A stretch of DNA of 64,000 nt from Candidatus Bathyarchaeota archaeon (GTDB taxonomy: Archaea > Thermoproteota > Bathyarchaeia > Bathyarchaeales > Bathycorpusculaceae): contig CAVYRJ010000017.1 in the NCBI GenBank assembly GCA_963770935.1, positions 1 to 64,000 on the forward strand, in the 5' to 3' direction. The notes under the pieces are model-generated. The model was not told where the DNA came from. It did no database searches and worked only from the letters and a program-made list of their open reading frames with translations. Shown here in pieces: positions 18,889-29,670 of the stretch. Position 1 is the first letter of the stretch, and each line of letters opens with the position of its first letter. A program made the translations under genes and the position numbers.

Positions 18889-21399
18889 TTATGGTCGTTT
18901 CCTAAGTAATAGAACTATTAACACAGCGCCTATTATGGCAACAAAGATGAACAAGCCAGCGATAGCAGGAATAAAGTATAGGTCAGCTGCAGATTGTTGC
19001 AGAGCGTTGGTTGGTTGAGTAGTTGTTGCAGGTTGTTCAAATGACATGATGGTTTGTGCTGATGAGCTATAATATGAGTCGGTTCCATCGAATGTGGCAA
19101 TTACCTTGTATGTTCCAGGGACATCGGGAGCGAAGGTGTATGAGTATTGTCCAGTCATGTCGCTTGTGGTTGTGCCTATAGTATATATGTTGTTGTTAGG
19201 GTCAATATACGATAATGTTACTGGAACGCCAGTTGCATTATCAGGTTTTGGCTGCTGCATATACAAGTATTCCATCCAAGCACTCATGCTTGTGTCAGAA
19301 ATTGCTGGTGTGCCTGCGGCAGGTATCCCTAGGCATGTTTGGCCTGGAGATTGATCAGTGACTGTTCCTTTTATCAATATTTGAGCAGCGTCATTTATGA
19401 ATGGTTCAGTTGTCACAGTGGTTGCGGTTTGCCCTTTGTTAAAGCAGTAAAGCTGATTGTCATACGCATTGAACGCTAATAAGTAGCCATCGTCAACCGG
19501 CATAGTGCCTTGATAGTATCCGTTTATACTCCAGACTTTCTCTCCTGTGTATGCGTCAAGAACGTACAAACTTGTCCCTCTGTAAAGTGGAGCACCATGC
19601 GAATTACCCGTACCTGCAATGACTTTTCCGTCGGCAACGGTATATAGATTGTTAGTTTCGAAAGGATAAGTGGTTAAGCCTGGGAAATTGGCTCCGCTTG
19701 ATTCAGGATAGAAATCCCACATATTCTTTCCATTTGTCATATTGTGTGCATGAATCCCGGCGATGGTCTGGTGGTAAAGAATGCCGTAAGCACTTTGCGC
19801 AAACACGTCGTCATTTGCGAGGGAGTCAAAAGGATTTGAATAGGCTGTTGACGGACCCCAAACTTTTTCACCTGTATAAACACTGTAGCCGCTCCAAGTC
19901 ATTGTTCCTGAGTCAAATTCCGTGTAGACTTCATTGGCGATGGCCCCCATCAAGCCCCAATTGTTATTGAAAGGAACTGTGCGATTTTGAACCCAGAGTT
20001 GAGCCCCTGTTTCCGTGCTGAAACCTTGCTCCATTTGCCATGGGGAGATAGAGGAAGGACGTGCAACCGCTATCAATACGCCATTTTCTAAGTCTATCAT
20101 GCCATTGCCACGTACATTTATTGTTTCGCCAGGATAGGCTTTTATTGTTACATTCCACTGTACGCCCTTGTTCCAGTCATACGGATTTACACTGAAGGAT
20201 TGACCAGTGGTAGTGCCAGAATAAGGCCTCCACTGCCATAAATTAGTAGATCTGCTCAGCAAACACTTTGATGAGTTCCACATAGCAAGCCAGCCATTTG
20301 CGCTGATAACATACATAAGCAGCTCACCACTTGGGCCTTCAACGAAGTTAGAACCGCCGGTCGCATTTGCAATCATAGCTACCATGTTTCCCGTGTTAGC
20401 ATCATACATGTACCATGTACTGCCACTCACGTACCATAAGTAGGGAATGGCCCCTTCTTGATTAGGGGAGTAGTAGTTGTATATTTGTCCAAGGGTGATG
20501 CCAAATGTATTGTTCTGATACCACAATGTTTTACCTGTAGGCAAATCGACAGCGTAAAAGCCCATTCGCGGTGTCACTGGACTTTTATAGTAAAGCACTC
20601 CATTGATGATTACCACACCGTCAAAACATGGTTCATATGACTTCCCATTGTAATAGTTGTTTGTAGCACCATCACTGCCAAATCCGCCTCCAATCAAGCC
20701 TCCAGCTTCCAGCGGTTTTGTCCACACAATGTGAGCACTAGTAGGAACTGTAGTGTAAGGGTTGAAATTTCCATTCATCGTTCTAAGTCTGGTCAAACCT
20801 CCTGAGGCTAAACTGAGCCAGCCTCCGGAGAGAGTGTACCAATATTGGTTTTGAGCGTTTATTGGGTGTTGCCAGTAACTGGTTGGAAGCGGAACTTGTG
20901 GAGTTGCCCCTACTGGTTCATCCTGCACCGTAAACGTTGTCGTATAACTGCTTGGTCCATAATAACTGTCAACAGGTGCTCCAGTGCTGGTGGTTCCTAT
21001 TACGTGGTTTCCAGGAAAAGTGAACTTCGCAGTGTAGTTGCCAACTTTATCGGGGGCGTATATGGTATTTGCGAATGAGTTATCAAAAGCCGTGAATGGC
21101 CCTAGAGTTTGCGTGGTTCCGTCGGGCTTGGTGATTAGCACAGTAAAGTTCTCAAAAGTTTTACCCAGGTAAGTGTTTGCTCTTGGGTCAAACTCAACTA
21201 GCCACATTTGAATTGTTACATGTTGACCAACCCCCACAGGATCTGGTGAAACGCTAATGTAGGCATGCGTAGGAATAGGCGAAGCGGCAGTTTGCGCATT
21301 TGCAAATGGAATAGTAACAAGTATTCCAGTAATAGATAGCATCAGAGATAAAGCCAAAGCAATCATAATAGTCATAGTTTTATTTTTAGAATATTTCAT
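18889..21399 (-). CDS. Secreted PQQ-like beta-propeller protein with Ig-like domains and C-terminal TM anchor
   Basis: Signal peptide; repeated A.D..TG...W motifs; AWMEYLYMQQPKP; TM then RKRP. Confidence 0.88.
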   Translation of the reverse strand: MKYSKNKTMTIMIALALSLMLSITGILVTIPFANAQTAASPIPTHAYISVSPDPVGVGQHVTIQMWLVEFDPRANTYLGKTFENFTVLITKPDGTTQTLGPFTAFDNSFANTIYAPDKVGNYTAKFTFPGNHVIGTTSTGAPVDSYYGPSSYTTTFTVQDEPVGATPQVPLPTSYWQHPINAQNQYWYTLSGGWLSLASGGLTRLRTMNGNFNPYTTVPTSAHIVWTKPLEAGGLIGGGFGSDGATNNYYNGKSYEPCFDGVVIINGVLYYKSPVTPRMGFYAVDLPTGKTLWYQNNTFGITLGQIYNYYSPNQEGAIPYLWYVSGSTWYMYDANTGNMVAMIANATGGSNFVEGPSGELLMYVISANGWLAMWNSSKCLLSRSTNLWQWRPYSGTTTGQSFSVNPYDWNKGVQWNVTIKAYPGETINVRGNGMIDLENGVLIAVARPSSISPWQMEQGFSTETGAQLWVQNRTVPFNNNWGLMGAIANEVYTEFDSGTMTWSGYSVYTGEKVWGPSTAYSNPFDSLANDDVFAQSAYGILYHQTIAGIHAHNMTNGKNMWDFYPESSGANFPGLTTYPFETNNLYTVADGKVIAGTGNSHGAPLYRGTSLYVLDAYTGEKVWSINGYYQGTMPVDDGYLLAFNAYDNQLYCFNKGQTATTVTTEPFINDAAQILIKGTVTDQSPGQTCLGIPAAGTPAISDTSMSAWMEYLYMQQPKPDNATGVPVTLSYIDPNNNIYTIGTTTSDMTGQYSYTFAPDVPGTYKVIATFDGTDSYYSSSAQTIMSFEQPATTTQPTNALQQSAADLYFIPAIAGLFIFVAIIGAVLIVLLLRKRP

Positions 21400-21541
21400 T
21401 TTTTTTCTTTTCCTATAATTGTGTTTTGCAAGGTAATCTTTTTAGAGGTTGCCCTGCCAACAAAAATCAGTATCTTTGCTAGAGGTATATTAGATTAATT
21501 GTTTTTGACAAGACGCCACGCTATAAGAAATATGATTTTGA

Positions 21542-21817
21542 TACCTCTACATCGTACCTTTCGGCGGTTTCCAGTGGGCAGAACTTGATCAAACAGCTAA
21601 AGATGGCAGAGGACAAGAACTAAGTGGCAGACGAATTGATAAGAAGGAAATCTTATCTTTAACCCAAAATGCAAGTCATGACCAAAACAACCAGTCGGTT
21701 GTTACTAAGGAGATTATTAAAGAAAAAGAGGTAGTTACAAAAATTCGTTGCCGTTATTGTCACGGCTCTTACAATGAGATTTTAGATATATGTCCTCATT
21801 GCAGCGCGAAAAATTAA
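21542..21817 (+). pseudogene. Startless C-terminal fragment of a zinc-ribbon protein
   Basis: Open frame after TGA 21539 ending KEIIKEKEVVTKIRCRYCHGSYNEILDICPHCSAKN; no ATG near its 5' end. Confidence 0.55.
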
Positions 21818-22131
21818 GAGCCAATTTCTACTTATTTAAGTGGAATATTGGTTGTTTTCTCTTTTATGTGTCGAATGTGAATGCGATGACAATACTGTTC
21901 TGAGAAAATCGGCTAAGTCCAAGGATTCGATTTCTGAACCCAATGTTGACAGGTTTTTAGTGATTTTAATGAAGTCTTAACTTGAAATCCAGCACCTACA
22001 GAAGAAGCGCCAAATGAGTTTCCATGTGAAGAAATTCTTGCGGAACGATTTTTCTCCTCACGATAAGTGAGTAAGTATTTTATGTGATTTCGAATGAAAT
22101 TAGTGTAATACAAATAAAGGAGAAAAGAAAA

Positions 22132-24735
22132 ATGCAAATTTCTAAAAACAAAACTAAAGCTATTCTGATTGCTTTGTTTCTTATACTAACAATCACTGTT
22201 TTTACTACACCCAAAGCTGATGCTGCCCGAGACTATTACACTACTTGGCTTTACGTTGCTACGAACCATCAAATTATAGGTGTCGGACAACAGATCCTTC
22301 TTGTCGCATGGACTGCGAGCATGCCGCCAGACATTGGGGAATCAAGTGGCCTGGTCGCTAGCCCCAATGGGAGAGCTGGATGGGATGGGATGACAGTCAC
22401 AGTCACTAAACCGGATGGTACCAACGAAACCCTAGATTATCCACATTCCGATCCGGTTGGAGCGAATTGGGTTACTTATTCGCCTCTTGATGTTGGAAAC
22501 TATTCCTTCCAAGCTTTCTTTCCTCCAACATGGAAGAACACCACTACAAATCAATACTATTATAGCTCAGCCGTCAGCAACATAGGTACATTTACCGCAC
22601 AGCAGGAACCAATACAGCCATGGCAAGAGACGCCCCTTCCAACAGACTACTGGACTCGTCCACTATACTCTGCAAATCGAGGCTGGTATATCCTAGCAGG
22701 AGACTGGCTAGGCACCGCTAGTGGCGCACAGAATGTCGGCCCGACTAGCCGTTTCGGCTACGGCAAAGGGCCAGAAAGCGCACACATAATGTGGACTAAA
22801 CCCTATTACGCTGGAGGCATCATGGATGCACGATTCGGCGATATTGGTTATCAAACAACACACTATCAAGGTCTTACTTTTGAACCAATAATCATCAACG
22901 GAAAAATCTACTACAACGCACGAGATACAGCACACGGCTCACAAGGTTCTTATGCTGTTGACCTATACACAGGCGAAACACTATTTTATATCAACAAGAC
23001 TCTGTCGTTTGGGCAGATTTACAACTATGACTCACCTAACCAGCATGGAGGATTCGCATACTTATGGCGAACTTCCGGAGCTACTATAAACAACCCTGGC
23101 GGTGTAAATGGCACGGTTTGGGAGATGCTAGATGGAGTCACTGGCAACTCTATATGCAAGATAGCTAACGTCACTTCAGGTGGAACAGCTGTCTACGGCA
23201 AAGACGGAAGCATATTGCGCTACAACCTCGTCAACCTCGGAACCACCGCAGCGCCCAAGTATTACCTTCAGGTTTGGAATTCGTCAGCTACACCTTCTGA
23301 GCTTTTAGGTGATACGGGAACCAACTATTGGCAGTGGAGACCTGGAACTGGAGGAAGAGGTCAACTATTAGGCGGAGAATACGTTCATGACGGAAGCAAA
23401 GGTTTCTCGTTAAACGTGTCAATACCAAGTATATTGGCACCCACGAACACAAGGGCAAATCAAACGGGCACTATCCGAGCAGTACGTGAGGATGACTTGG
23501 TAATCATTGGAACTACGGGACTCAACGATGAACGAGGGCTTGCTCCTGGTTGGCTCATGGCTGTCAGTCTGAAGCAAGGCCAAGAAGGGACAAAACTGTG
23601 GGACATAACCTACACGCCGCCCTCGTCAACAGGCAACAGAACTATAACCTTGGTCCACGTGGACCCAGACGATGGGGTCTTCCTCTTTTCGGACAGAATG
23701 GAAAGGCGATGGTATGGCTATAGCCTCGAAACAGGGAAGTCAATATGGACAGGTGAACCAGAACCAGCATATCATTACTTTGGTATGAATAGCTTCATCT
23801 ACCAAGGCATGCTCTTCTGCCAAGGCGACGGTATGGCTGCCGGAGAATTAATTGCCTATAACGTCACAACAGGAACGGTCTTATGGAAATACACGCCTGC
23901 ACAAGTCGGCTTTGAATCTCCTTACGGCAATTATCCAATTAGCGTTACCTGCATTGCTGATGGAAAAATCTACTTGTCCTCAGGTGAGCACTCGCCGACT
24001 CAACCGCTGTGGCGAGGTTCATATCTACGATGTATCAACGTCTCAAATGGAGTGGAATTATGGAAAATATTACATTGGGCAGTTGTGCAGTCGGCTGGGC
24101 TAACACAGGGCATGGTAGTTCCCGGAGACGGCTACCTCGTAGGTCTCAATTTCTACGACAACCAAATATATTGCTACGGCAAGGGCCCAAGTGCCACCAC
24201 GGTCGAAGCACCTATGACTGCTGCATCAGCCGGGTCTACTGTAATAATAGAAGGTACGGTGACTGATCAATCCTCAGGCGCTGTAAACTATGCGAGCAAA
24301 TTCGGTCTTAAAAGCGGAGTTGCTGCTGTTTCCGATGCCAGCCAACAGGCATGGATGGAATACCTGTACATGCAACAAGCAAAGCCCACCAATGCAACCG
24401 GAGTTCCGGTAACGATAGACGCAATTGATCCAAACAGCAACTACATCCACATAGGCGACGCCACAACTGATGCAAGCGGCACCTTTGGCTACGCATGGAT
24501 TACTCCAGACGTGCCTGGACAATACGTAATTATCGCCACTTTCAAGGGATCCTCTTCCTACGGAAGTTCGTCTGCACAGACTTACGCGTACGTAGGAGAA
24601 GCCGAAGCTATAGCATCACCTTATCCAGAGGTTGTTTTGCCACCGACTGAAATGTACATTGTAGGCTCGACCATAGCCATAATCATAGCAATCGCTGTTG
24701 TTGGCGCTCTGCTAATGCTCAAAAGGCGACCATAG
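22132..24735 (+). CDS. Secreted PQQ-like beta-propeller protein, paralogue of 18889..21399
   Basis: AAGGAG then ATG 22132; LPTDYWTRP, AHIMWTKP, YNYDSPNQHG, AWMEYLYMQQAKP; TM then KRRP. Confidence 0.88.
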   Translation: MQISKNKTKAILIALFLILTITVFTTPKADAARDYYTTWLYVATNHQIIGVGQQILLVAWTASMPPDIGESSGLVASPNGRAGWDGMTVTVTKPDGTNETLDYPHSDPVGANWVTYSPLDVGNYSFQAFFPPTWKNTTTNQYYYSSAVSNIGTFTAQQEPIQPWQETPLPTDYWTRPLYSANRGWYILAGDWLGTASGAQNVGPTSRFGYGKGPESAHIMWTKPYYAGGIMDARFGDIGYQTTHYQGLTFEPIIINGKIYYNARDTAHGSQGSYAVDLYTGETLFYINKTLSFGQIYNYDSPNQHGGFAYLWRTSGATINNPGGVNGTVWEMLDGVTGNSICKIANVTSGGTAVYGKDGSILRYNLVNLGTTAAPKYYLQVWNSSATPSELLGDTGTNYWQWRPGTGGRGQLLGGEYVHDGSKGFSLNVSIPSILAPTNTRANQTGTIRAVREDDLVIIGTTGLNDERGLAPGWLMAVSLKQGQEGTKLWDITYTPPSSTGNRTITLVHVDPDDGVFLFSDRMERRWYGYSLETGKSIWTGEPEPAYHYFGMNSFIYQGMLFCQGDGMAAGELIAYNVTTGTVLWKYTPAQVGFESPYGNYPISVTCIADGKIYLSSGEHSPTQPLWRGSYLRCINVSNGVELWKILHWAVVQSAGLTQGMVVPGDGYLVGLNFYDNQIYCYGKGPSATTVEAPMTAASAGSTVIIEGTVTDQSSGAVNYASKFGLKSGVAAVSDASQQAWMEYLYMQQAKPTNATGVPVTIDAIDPNSNYIHIGDATTDASGTFGYAWITPDVPGQYVIIATFKGSSSYGSSSAQTYAYVGEAEAIASPYPEVVLPPTEMYIVGSTIAIIIAIAVVGALLMLKRRP

Positions 24736-24750
24736 CTCAAAATCAGTTCC

Positions 24751-24765
24751 CCTTTTTTCTTTTTC
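24751..24765 (+). terminator. Oligo-T archaeal terminator
   Basis: CCTTTTTTCTTTTTC shortly after the stop codon. Confidence 0.4.
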
Positions 24766-24841
24766 TTAAGAAAGGTACTTTTTGAAGGCACAAATGCTAA
24801 CTATATTCAAGCCCTAAATGGAACGTATTGCAGGGAAACCG

Positions 24842-25723
24842 TTATTCGGTTCGGCTGAGGCTACCTTGGATTTCGGAGTTTATTCTTGAATCGTTTCTAC
24901 CTTTACTTGCATGTCCAAACCGGGCGACTTGCCAATTCTTCATGTTGCCTCTAATAATTTGAGGATTGCTCGTTAGTATATAGAATGGCATTTTTGTTTG
25001 TGAAGAGTAGAGTTCAGCGATGAAGTTTAGTAAACTTTTGCCTACGCCGATTCCTTGATAGTCTGGTAACACGACGAGGCGGCTGACTCTAGTATTTTGC
25101 TTTCATTCTTACGCAGGCAACAGCAATGAATGCAATGGGCTTGTCTTGATGGACTGGAGTATAACATCTTACTCCTGCACCTAAGGAGCCCGTTTAGATA
25201 GTGATATTGCCGAAACATCTTCCATAGGTTATTGCCGCACCGATAGATTTTGAGTTCAACGGGCGGCCGACTTCTTTTTTTCGGCTAAACTCCATAGTGT
25301 CAGTGCAGAATACCCAGTCTGGTTCAAGCCAGTCGATAACGTCATAATGGCAAGTTACAGCTATGAATTTCTTGGAACTTCTGCGTACCGCTTTGCTGAT
25401 GGCAAAGGCGCTAACTTTGGCGATCTCTCTATCCACCCGAAAGTAAACTCGTCGAAAACCACTAATTGCTTATCCAAACAAAGTGCGCGGGCGATGTCTA
25501 CACGCATCTTCTCTCCCTGACTTAAACAATCATAGGCCTTCAACCAGTCTGGTGGAGAAGCAAAACCTAAGCCGCAAAGCATTTTTGTGATCACGCATGT
25601 TTCAAAGTGTTGGGGAAAGTCATCTAGAACGCACTTGTTTTTGTATTTGAAGTCTCGTATGTAAGCGTCTGGAAAAAGCTGTTTGGCTATGCTGGTTTTG
25701 CCTGAGCCACTGCGTCCAACCAT
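24842..25723 (-). pseudogene. Fragmented ABC-type ATPase plus GNAT acetyltransferase (virus/prophage-type)
   Basis: GRSGSGKT, LSQGEKMR, VFDEFT, VTCHYDVIDWLEPDW, then WKMFRQYHYL and VSRLVVLPDYQGIGVG across several frames; N-terminus missing. Confidence 0.75.
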
Positions 25724-25730
25724 AGATCTT

Positions 25731-25967
25731 TCATGAAGCTTTATGATGCTGACCGCTGCCATTTGACTCATTAACTGCTTTTTCTAAATCTGTTAAGTCT
25801 AAGAGGATACGGTTAGTAATAGAGTCAAACTTCTTTGGCTGTTGCCTTTTAAACTGAATAAACCGATAACGGTAACGCATGAGGCTGTTCCAGCTTTTCT
25901 TTTCTGTTGTGCTGCCATCCACAAGTAAGCTTGGGAGTTTGCGCTTAACTCTATCAGCATTTACCAA
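25731..25967 (-). CDS. Hypothetical protein or fragment at the island edge
   Basis: 78-aa ORF with GGAGG upstream of the TTG; no recognisable motif. Confidence 0.35.
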   Translation of the reverse strand: MVNADRVKRKLPSLLVDGSTTEKKSWNSLMRYRYRFIQFKRQQPKKFDSITNRILLDLTDLEKAVNESNGSGQHHKAS

Positions 25968-26047
25968 AAAAGAAAACCTCCTGAATAGTCATGGCAGATG
26001 GAAGAGAAAAAAGGGGAGAGTATAGTAAAAATACTCGTCTGGAGGGG

Positions 26048-26068
26048 CAAATCCTGCCCGTAGCACCA
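26048..26068 (+). repeat. attR-like copy of the tRNA-Leu 3' end (21 bp)
   Basis: Exact match to 16823..16843. Confidence 0.9.
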
Positions 26069-26156
26069 ATTAAACCTCAAATTCCAAAGTCATTGGACAA
26101 TCGAAGATCAATGTTTGCGAAAAACAAATAGACTTGTTTAACAACTTATCTCTTAA

Positions 26157-26390
26157 ATGGCTCGTGGTATTATGACTTGTTGGAAATGGTTTGGAACCCT
26201 TTTGAAAGAGGCCGGAGTAGAACTGAACGAAAACAACAAAGAAAAGATTGACGCAGTCATACACAAATACATAGATGAGCAGTCAAACTACGGACGATGC
26301 TCTCCTGGCTGGAAAAAAGCAAGAAAGGAAATCGTAGCTGACGAAAAAATGAAAAGGGAACTAATAGTGCACCTCAAAACCATTAAGTAA
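26157..26390 (+). CDS. Small hypothetical protein
   Basis: 77 aa helical ORF (TCWKWFGTLLKEAGVE..NKEKIDAVIH..C..WK). Confidence 0.6.
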   Translation: MARGIMTCWKWFGTLLKEAGVELNENNKEKIDAVIHKYIDEQSNYGRCSPGWKKARKEIVADEKMKRELIVHLKTIK

Positions 26391-26724
26391 TATTTTCCAT
26401 TAATATGTTTCCTGAAAAAATTGACATATTTAGTGCAGCAATTTTGTCAGAAGTTTGTGGATGATTTCTTCATTTCATTTTATTTTGTTTAGCATGCACC
26501 AGATTTTTTCCTTCATTTGAGTGGTGACTAGAAACAATAGATAGTAAGTGCCATCGATTGTGCGTATTAAGAAAAGATAGTAAACTACTTCATAACTTCG
26601 ACTTAACTGCGCGGCAAAGCTAACAATTTTGTCTTGATCAAGGCTCAATAAAGGGGTCAATGCAAGAGCTAACAATAATCAAAAATAACCCAACTACACA
26701 TTAGCCAACTTGAGGCACATCGCT

Positions 26725-28507
26725 TTGAGCGCACAGCAAATTACATGGGATTTAACAGAACTTTTTCAGAATATAAGTGACCCCAAAATCAACCAAGCCA
26801 TCGCAGAAACTACAGACAGCGGCAAGTGCATTTGAAAAGACTTACCGAGGAAAAATAACTCAGCTAACTTCCGAAGACTTATTGCAGTGCTTCATCGATG
26901 TCGAGTCATTTGAGGCAAAATTTAGCGACCTAACGCTGTACTCAAGCTTATTCTTTGCTGCTGACATGACCCAGCCCCAAGCACAATCGCTAAACGACAA
27001 AGTAGACAAACTCTCAGCCAACATCAGCAAGCAACTGGCGTTCTATTCGCTGGAGCTTGGCGTGTTGATCAAAAGCAACCCTCAAATAATCTACGAAAAA
27101 ACCTTATCCAATTACAAGCATATGTTAGAGCGGGTCCTTCGCCGTGTGGAGCATCAGCTCTCCGAAGTGGAAGAACAACTCATAATCGAGAAGGACCAAT
27201 TCGGCGTCAATGCATGGTCAGAGCTGCAAAGCAAATGGCTAAACACCCGCCTCTTCGATGTTATGGTTTTGGGAGAAAAAAAGATCCTTAGCTATGGCGA
27301 GGCCAACGGTTTGTTGCCTCACTCTGACCGCGCCACCAGGGAATCCGCTAACCGGGCAATCTATGGGCTTCTTGGCAAAGACGGCGAAGTCTTCTCTTCA
27401 GCACTCCGTAGCATCTGCAACGACTGGGTAGCTGTTTCTAAACGCAGAAAATACGCCTCGCCTATGGAATCTAGCTTGATCAGCAACGACACTGAGGAGG
27501 GCATTATTGCTAATCTGCTTAAAACCATCGAAGAAGGCGCTGGGACTTACAGGCAATATCTTAAGCTTAAAGCAAAACTGATGGATTTACCTGAGCTAGG
27601 AAACCATGATATTGTCGCACCGTTGCCCAATTCACCTGAACTCAAATTCACTTTCCAACAAGCGCAAGACCTGGTTGTCAAAGCCTACAGCCGATTCGAC
27701 CCTCAATATTCTAACGCCGTCAAAGAAATGTTTCAAAAACGCCACATCGACGCAACACCACGCTTTGGCAAGCGCAACGGCGCGTTTTGCGCTGGCTACT
27801 ACAAGGGCAAATCAGCCTACATACTTCAAAGCTTCACCGGCACACTAACTGACGTTTTCACACTTGCACATGAGCTTGGGCATGCGACCCATGATTGGTA
27901 CGCCTCAAGAAACCAAACGCTGTTAAACATGAATGTGCCTTCTACCGTGGCGGAGACAGCGTCGATTTTTGGTGAGTTATTAGTTACAGACCTACTTCTG
28001 GATGAAGCTAAATCTAATTCTGAACGAAGGGCGTTGTTATGTATGATTTTAGACGAGGCGGGAATGACAACCTTTCAGGTAACGGCGCGAGTGTGGTTTG
28101 AGCAGGCGCTCTATGCTTCCATAGAACATGATGAGTTCTTAGATTACCAGACAATCTGCAGCCACTGGACCAAAGCGCGGAGCCGCATCTTTGGTGACGC
28201 CGTCACTTGGTTCCCCGAAATGGAAGCTGAATGGACCATGAAACCTCACTATTACATGGCAAACTACCGCTTCTACAACTATCCCTACGTCTACGCCCAA
28301 ATGTTCGTCTATTCGCTGTACGAGCGGTACTTGGAGGAAGGCAAAGTGTTTGTACCTAAACTGATCAAGATGCTTTCGGCGGGCGGTAGCGTGTCTCCGC
28401 AGGAAATTGGCGCAATCTCTGGGCTAAACGTGGCAGCGCCCGACTTCTGGAAAGGCGGCTTAGGGGTGTTCGAACGTTTCATCGGTGACTTGGAAAGAAT
28501 CATTTAA
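26725..28507 (+). CDS. pepF: Oligoendopeptidase F (M3B), +1 frameshift near 26815
   Basis: N-terminal ITWDLTELF in the upstream frame; GKRNGAFC, HELGH, VAETASIFGE, FYNYPY. Confidence 0.9.
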
Positions 28508-28509
28508 TG

Positions 28510-28698
28510 TTACGGTTTGGAAGCTTGTTTTCCAAACCACTTTGTGAACCACGCAAAAGTGGCGCATTCTTCTTTGGAAGTGCAAGATAGGCAGGGAAAT
28601 TCTTGCGCTGCTAAATTAACCATTTCCACTAGTTTTTCACTTGAAGTTTTATCTGTTATTTTTCTTATCTGCTTTTCAAATTCGCCCGACAAAACCAT
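28510..28698 (-). CDS. Small protein with CxxC..C and C-terminal WxxKWFG
   Basis: 62 aa, follows uppP; shares tail with 43952..44206. Confidence 0.6.
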   Translation of the reverse strand: MVLSGEFEKQIRKITDKTSSEKLVEMVNLAAQEFPCLSCTSKEECATFAWFTKWFGKQASKP

Positions 28699-28704
28699 CC
28701 CTTC

Positions 28705-29508
28705 TTAGTAACCTAAGAGAACCAGAATAATCAAGATTACGCCAAGGGCAAACGTGTAGGCGGCAAAGTAGTGGAAACTCTTGGTTAAAACCAGCTTCTT
28801 CACCAGCACAATAGCTACGTAGCCTGCTAAAACTGCGCAAACTAAACCAGTTAAAAGATTCAACGGAGAAACGCCTATGCCTGCGGAAACCAAGCTTCCC
28901 TCCTGAAGGTAAAGTTCAACTCCAAAGTCGCCGACTATTGCGGGAATCGAGAGCAGGAAAGAAAACTTGAAAACCATCTCCCGCTTGACGCCCTGCAAGA
29001 GCCCGCTGGATATTGTTGAGCCACTTCTGGAGAGTCCTGGAAAAATCGCTGCTCCTTGAGCTGCACCCATAACAAGCGCTTTTTTGTAGGTTATTTTGCT
29101 TTGATCTTCTTTGCCGTATTTGGAGAAGAAAACTATGGCGCCGCCAAAAAGGAAGGTTACTCCGATGATTAGCAAGGTTTGGTAGTTGTCGGCTAGGAAC
29201 TTGTCGTATAGCAAGCCGATAATGCCTGTTGGGATGGTTGCGACTATGATTAGCGGGATGAATCTGCCGTATTCTGAGTGGAAATCCCGATGAATTAGGG
29301 CTGTTAGAATAAGTTTGATGTCATGCCTAAAATAGAATACAACAACACCAAGAGTGCCTAAATGTAAGAACAAGTTGAATAGAGGCGTCGCTTGGAACCC
29401 GAGGAAATGCTCAGTTATCCTTAGGTGTGCGGTGCTGGAGATAGGCAGCCACTCTGAGAAGCCTTGAATTAAACCTAGCAATATTGTGGTGAAGAGTTGG
29501 TCAAGCAA
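28705..29508 (-). CDS. uppP: Undecaprenyl/polyprenyl-diphosphate phosphatase (BacA/UppP)
   Basis: IQGFSEWLPISSTAHL and PGLSRSGSTI motifs; multi-TM. Confidence 0.93.
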   Translation of the reverse strand: MLDQLFTTILLGLIQGFSEWLPISSTAHLRITEHFLGFQATPLFNLFLHLGTLGVVVFYFRHDIKLILTALIHRDFHSEYGRFIPLIIVATIPTGIIGLLYDKFLADNYQTLLIIGVTFLFGGAIVFFSKYGKEDQSKITYKKALVMGAAQGAAIFPGLSRSGSTISSGLLQGVKREMVFKFSFLLSIPAIVGDFGVELYLQEGSLVSAGIGVSPLNLLTGLVCAVLAGYVAIVLVKKLVLTKSFHYFAAYTFALGVILIILVLLGY

Positions 29509-29670
29509 ATCTTAGGCACCTGTGTGAGGGTCCGATATTTTCTAACTCTAAGATATCCTAACTTATAGCTTTTACAGAAAACAGATAATGGTGAGTTAAG
29601 TAACCTGCCAAAAAAGATCCGTTTAGATAATTTTAATAGTAAATAGCAAGAACAACTAAATGATTCCTAT

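Larger units (their letters stand above)
16823..26068. mobile_element. Integrated element or decayed provirus at tRNA-Leu, bounded by a 21-bp direct repeat
   Basis: CAAATCCTGCCCGTAGCACCA at 16823..16843 (tRNA 3' end) and 26048..26068; small ORFs and fragments inside; no integrase recognised. Confidence 0.8.
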
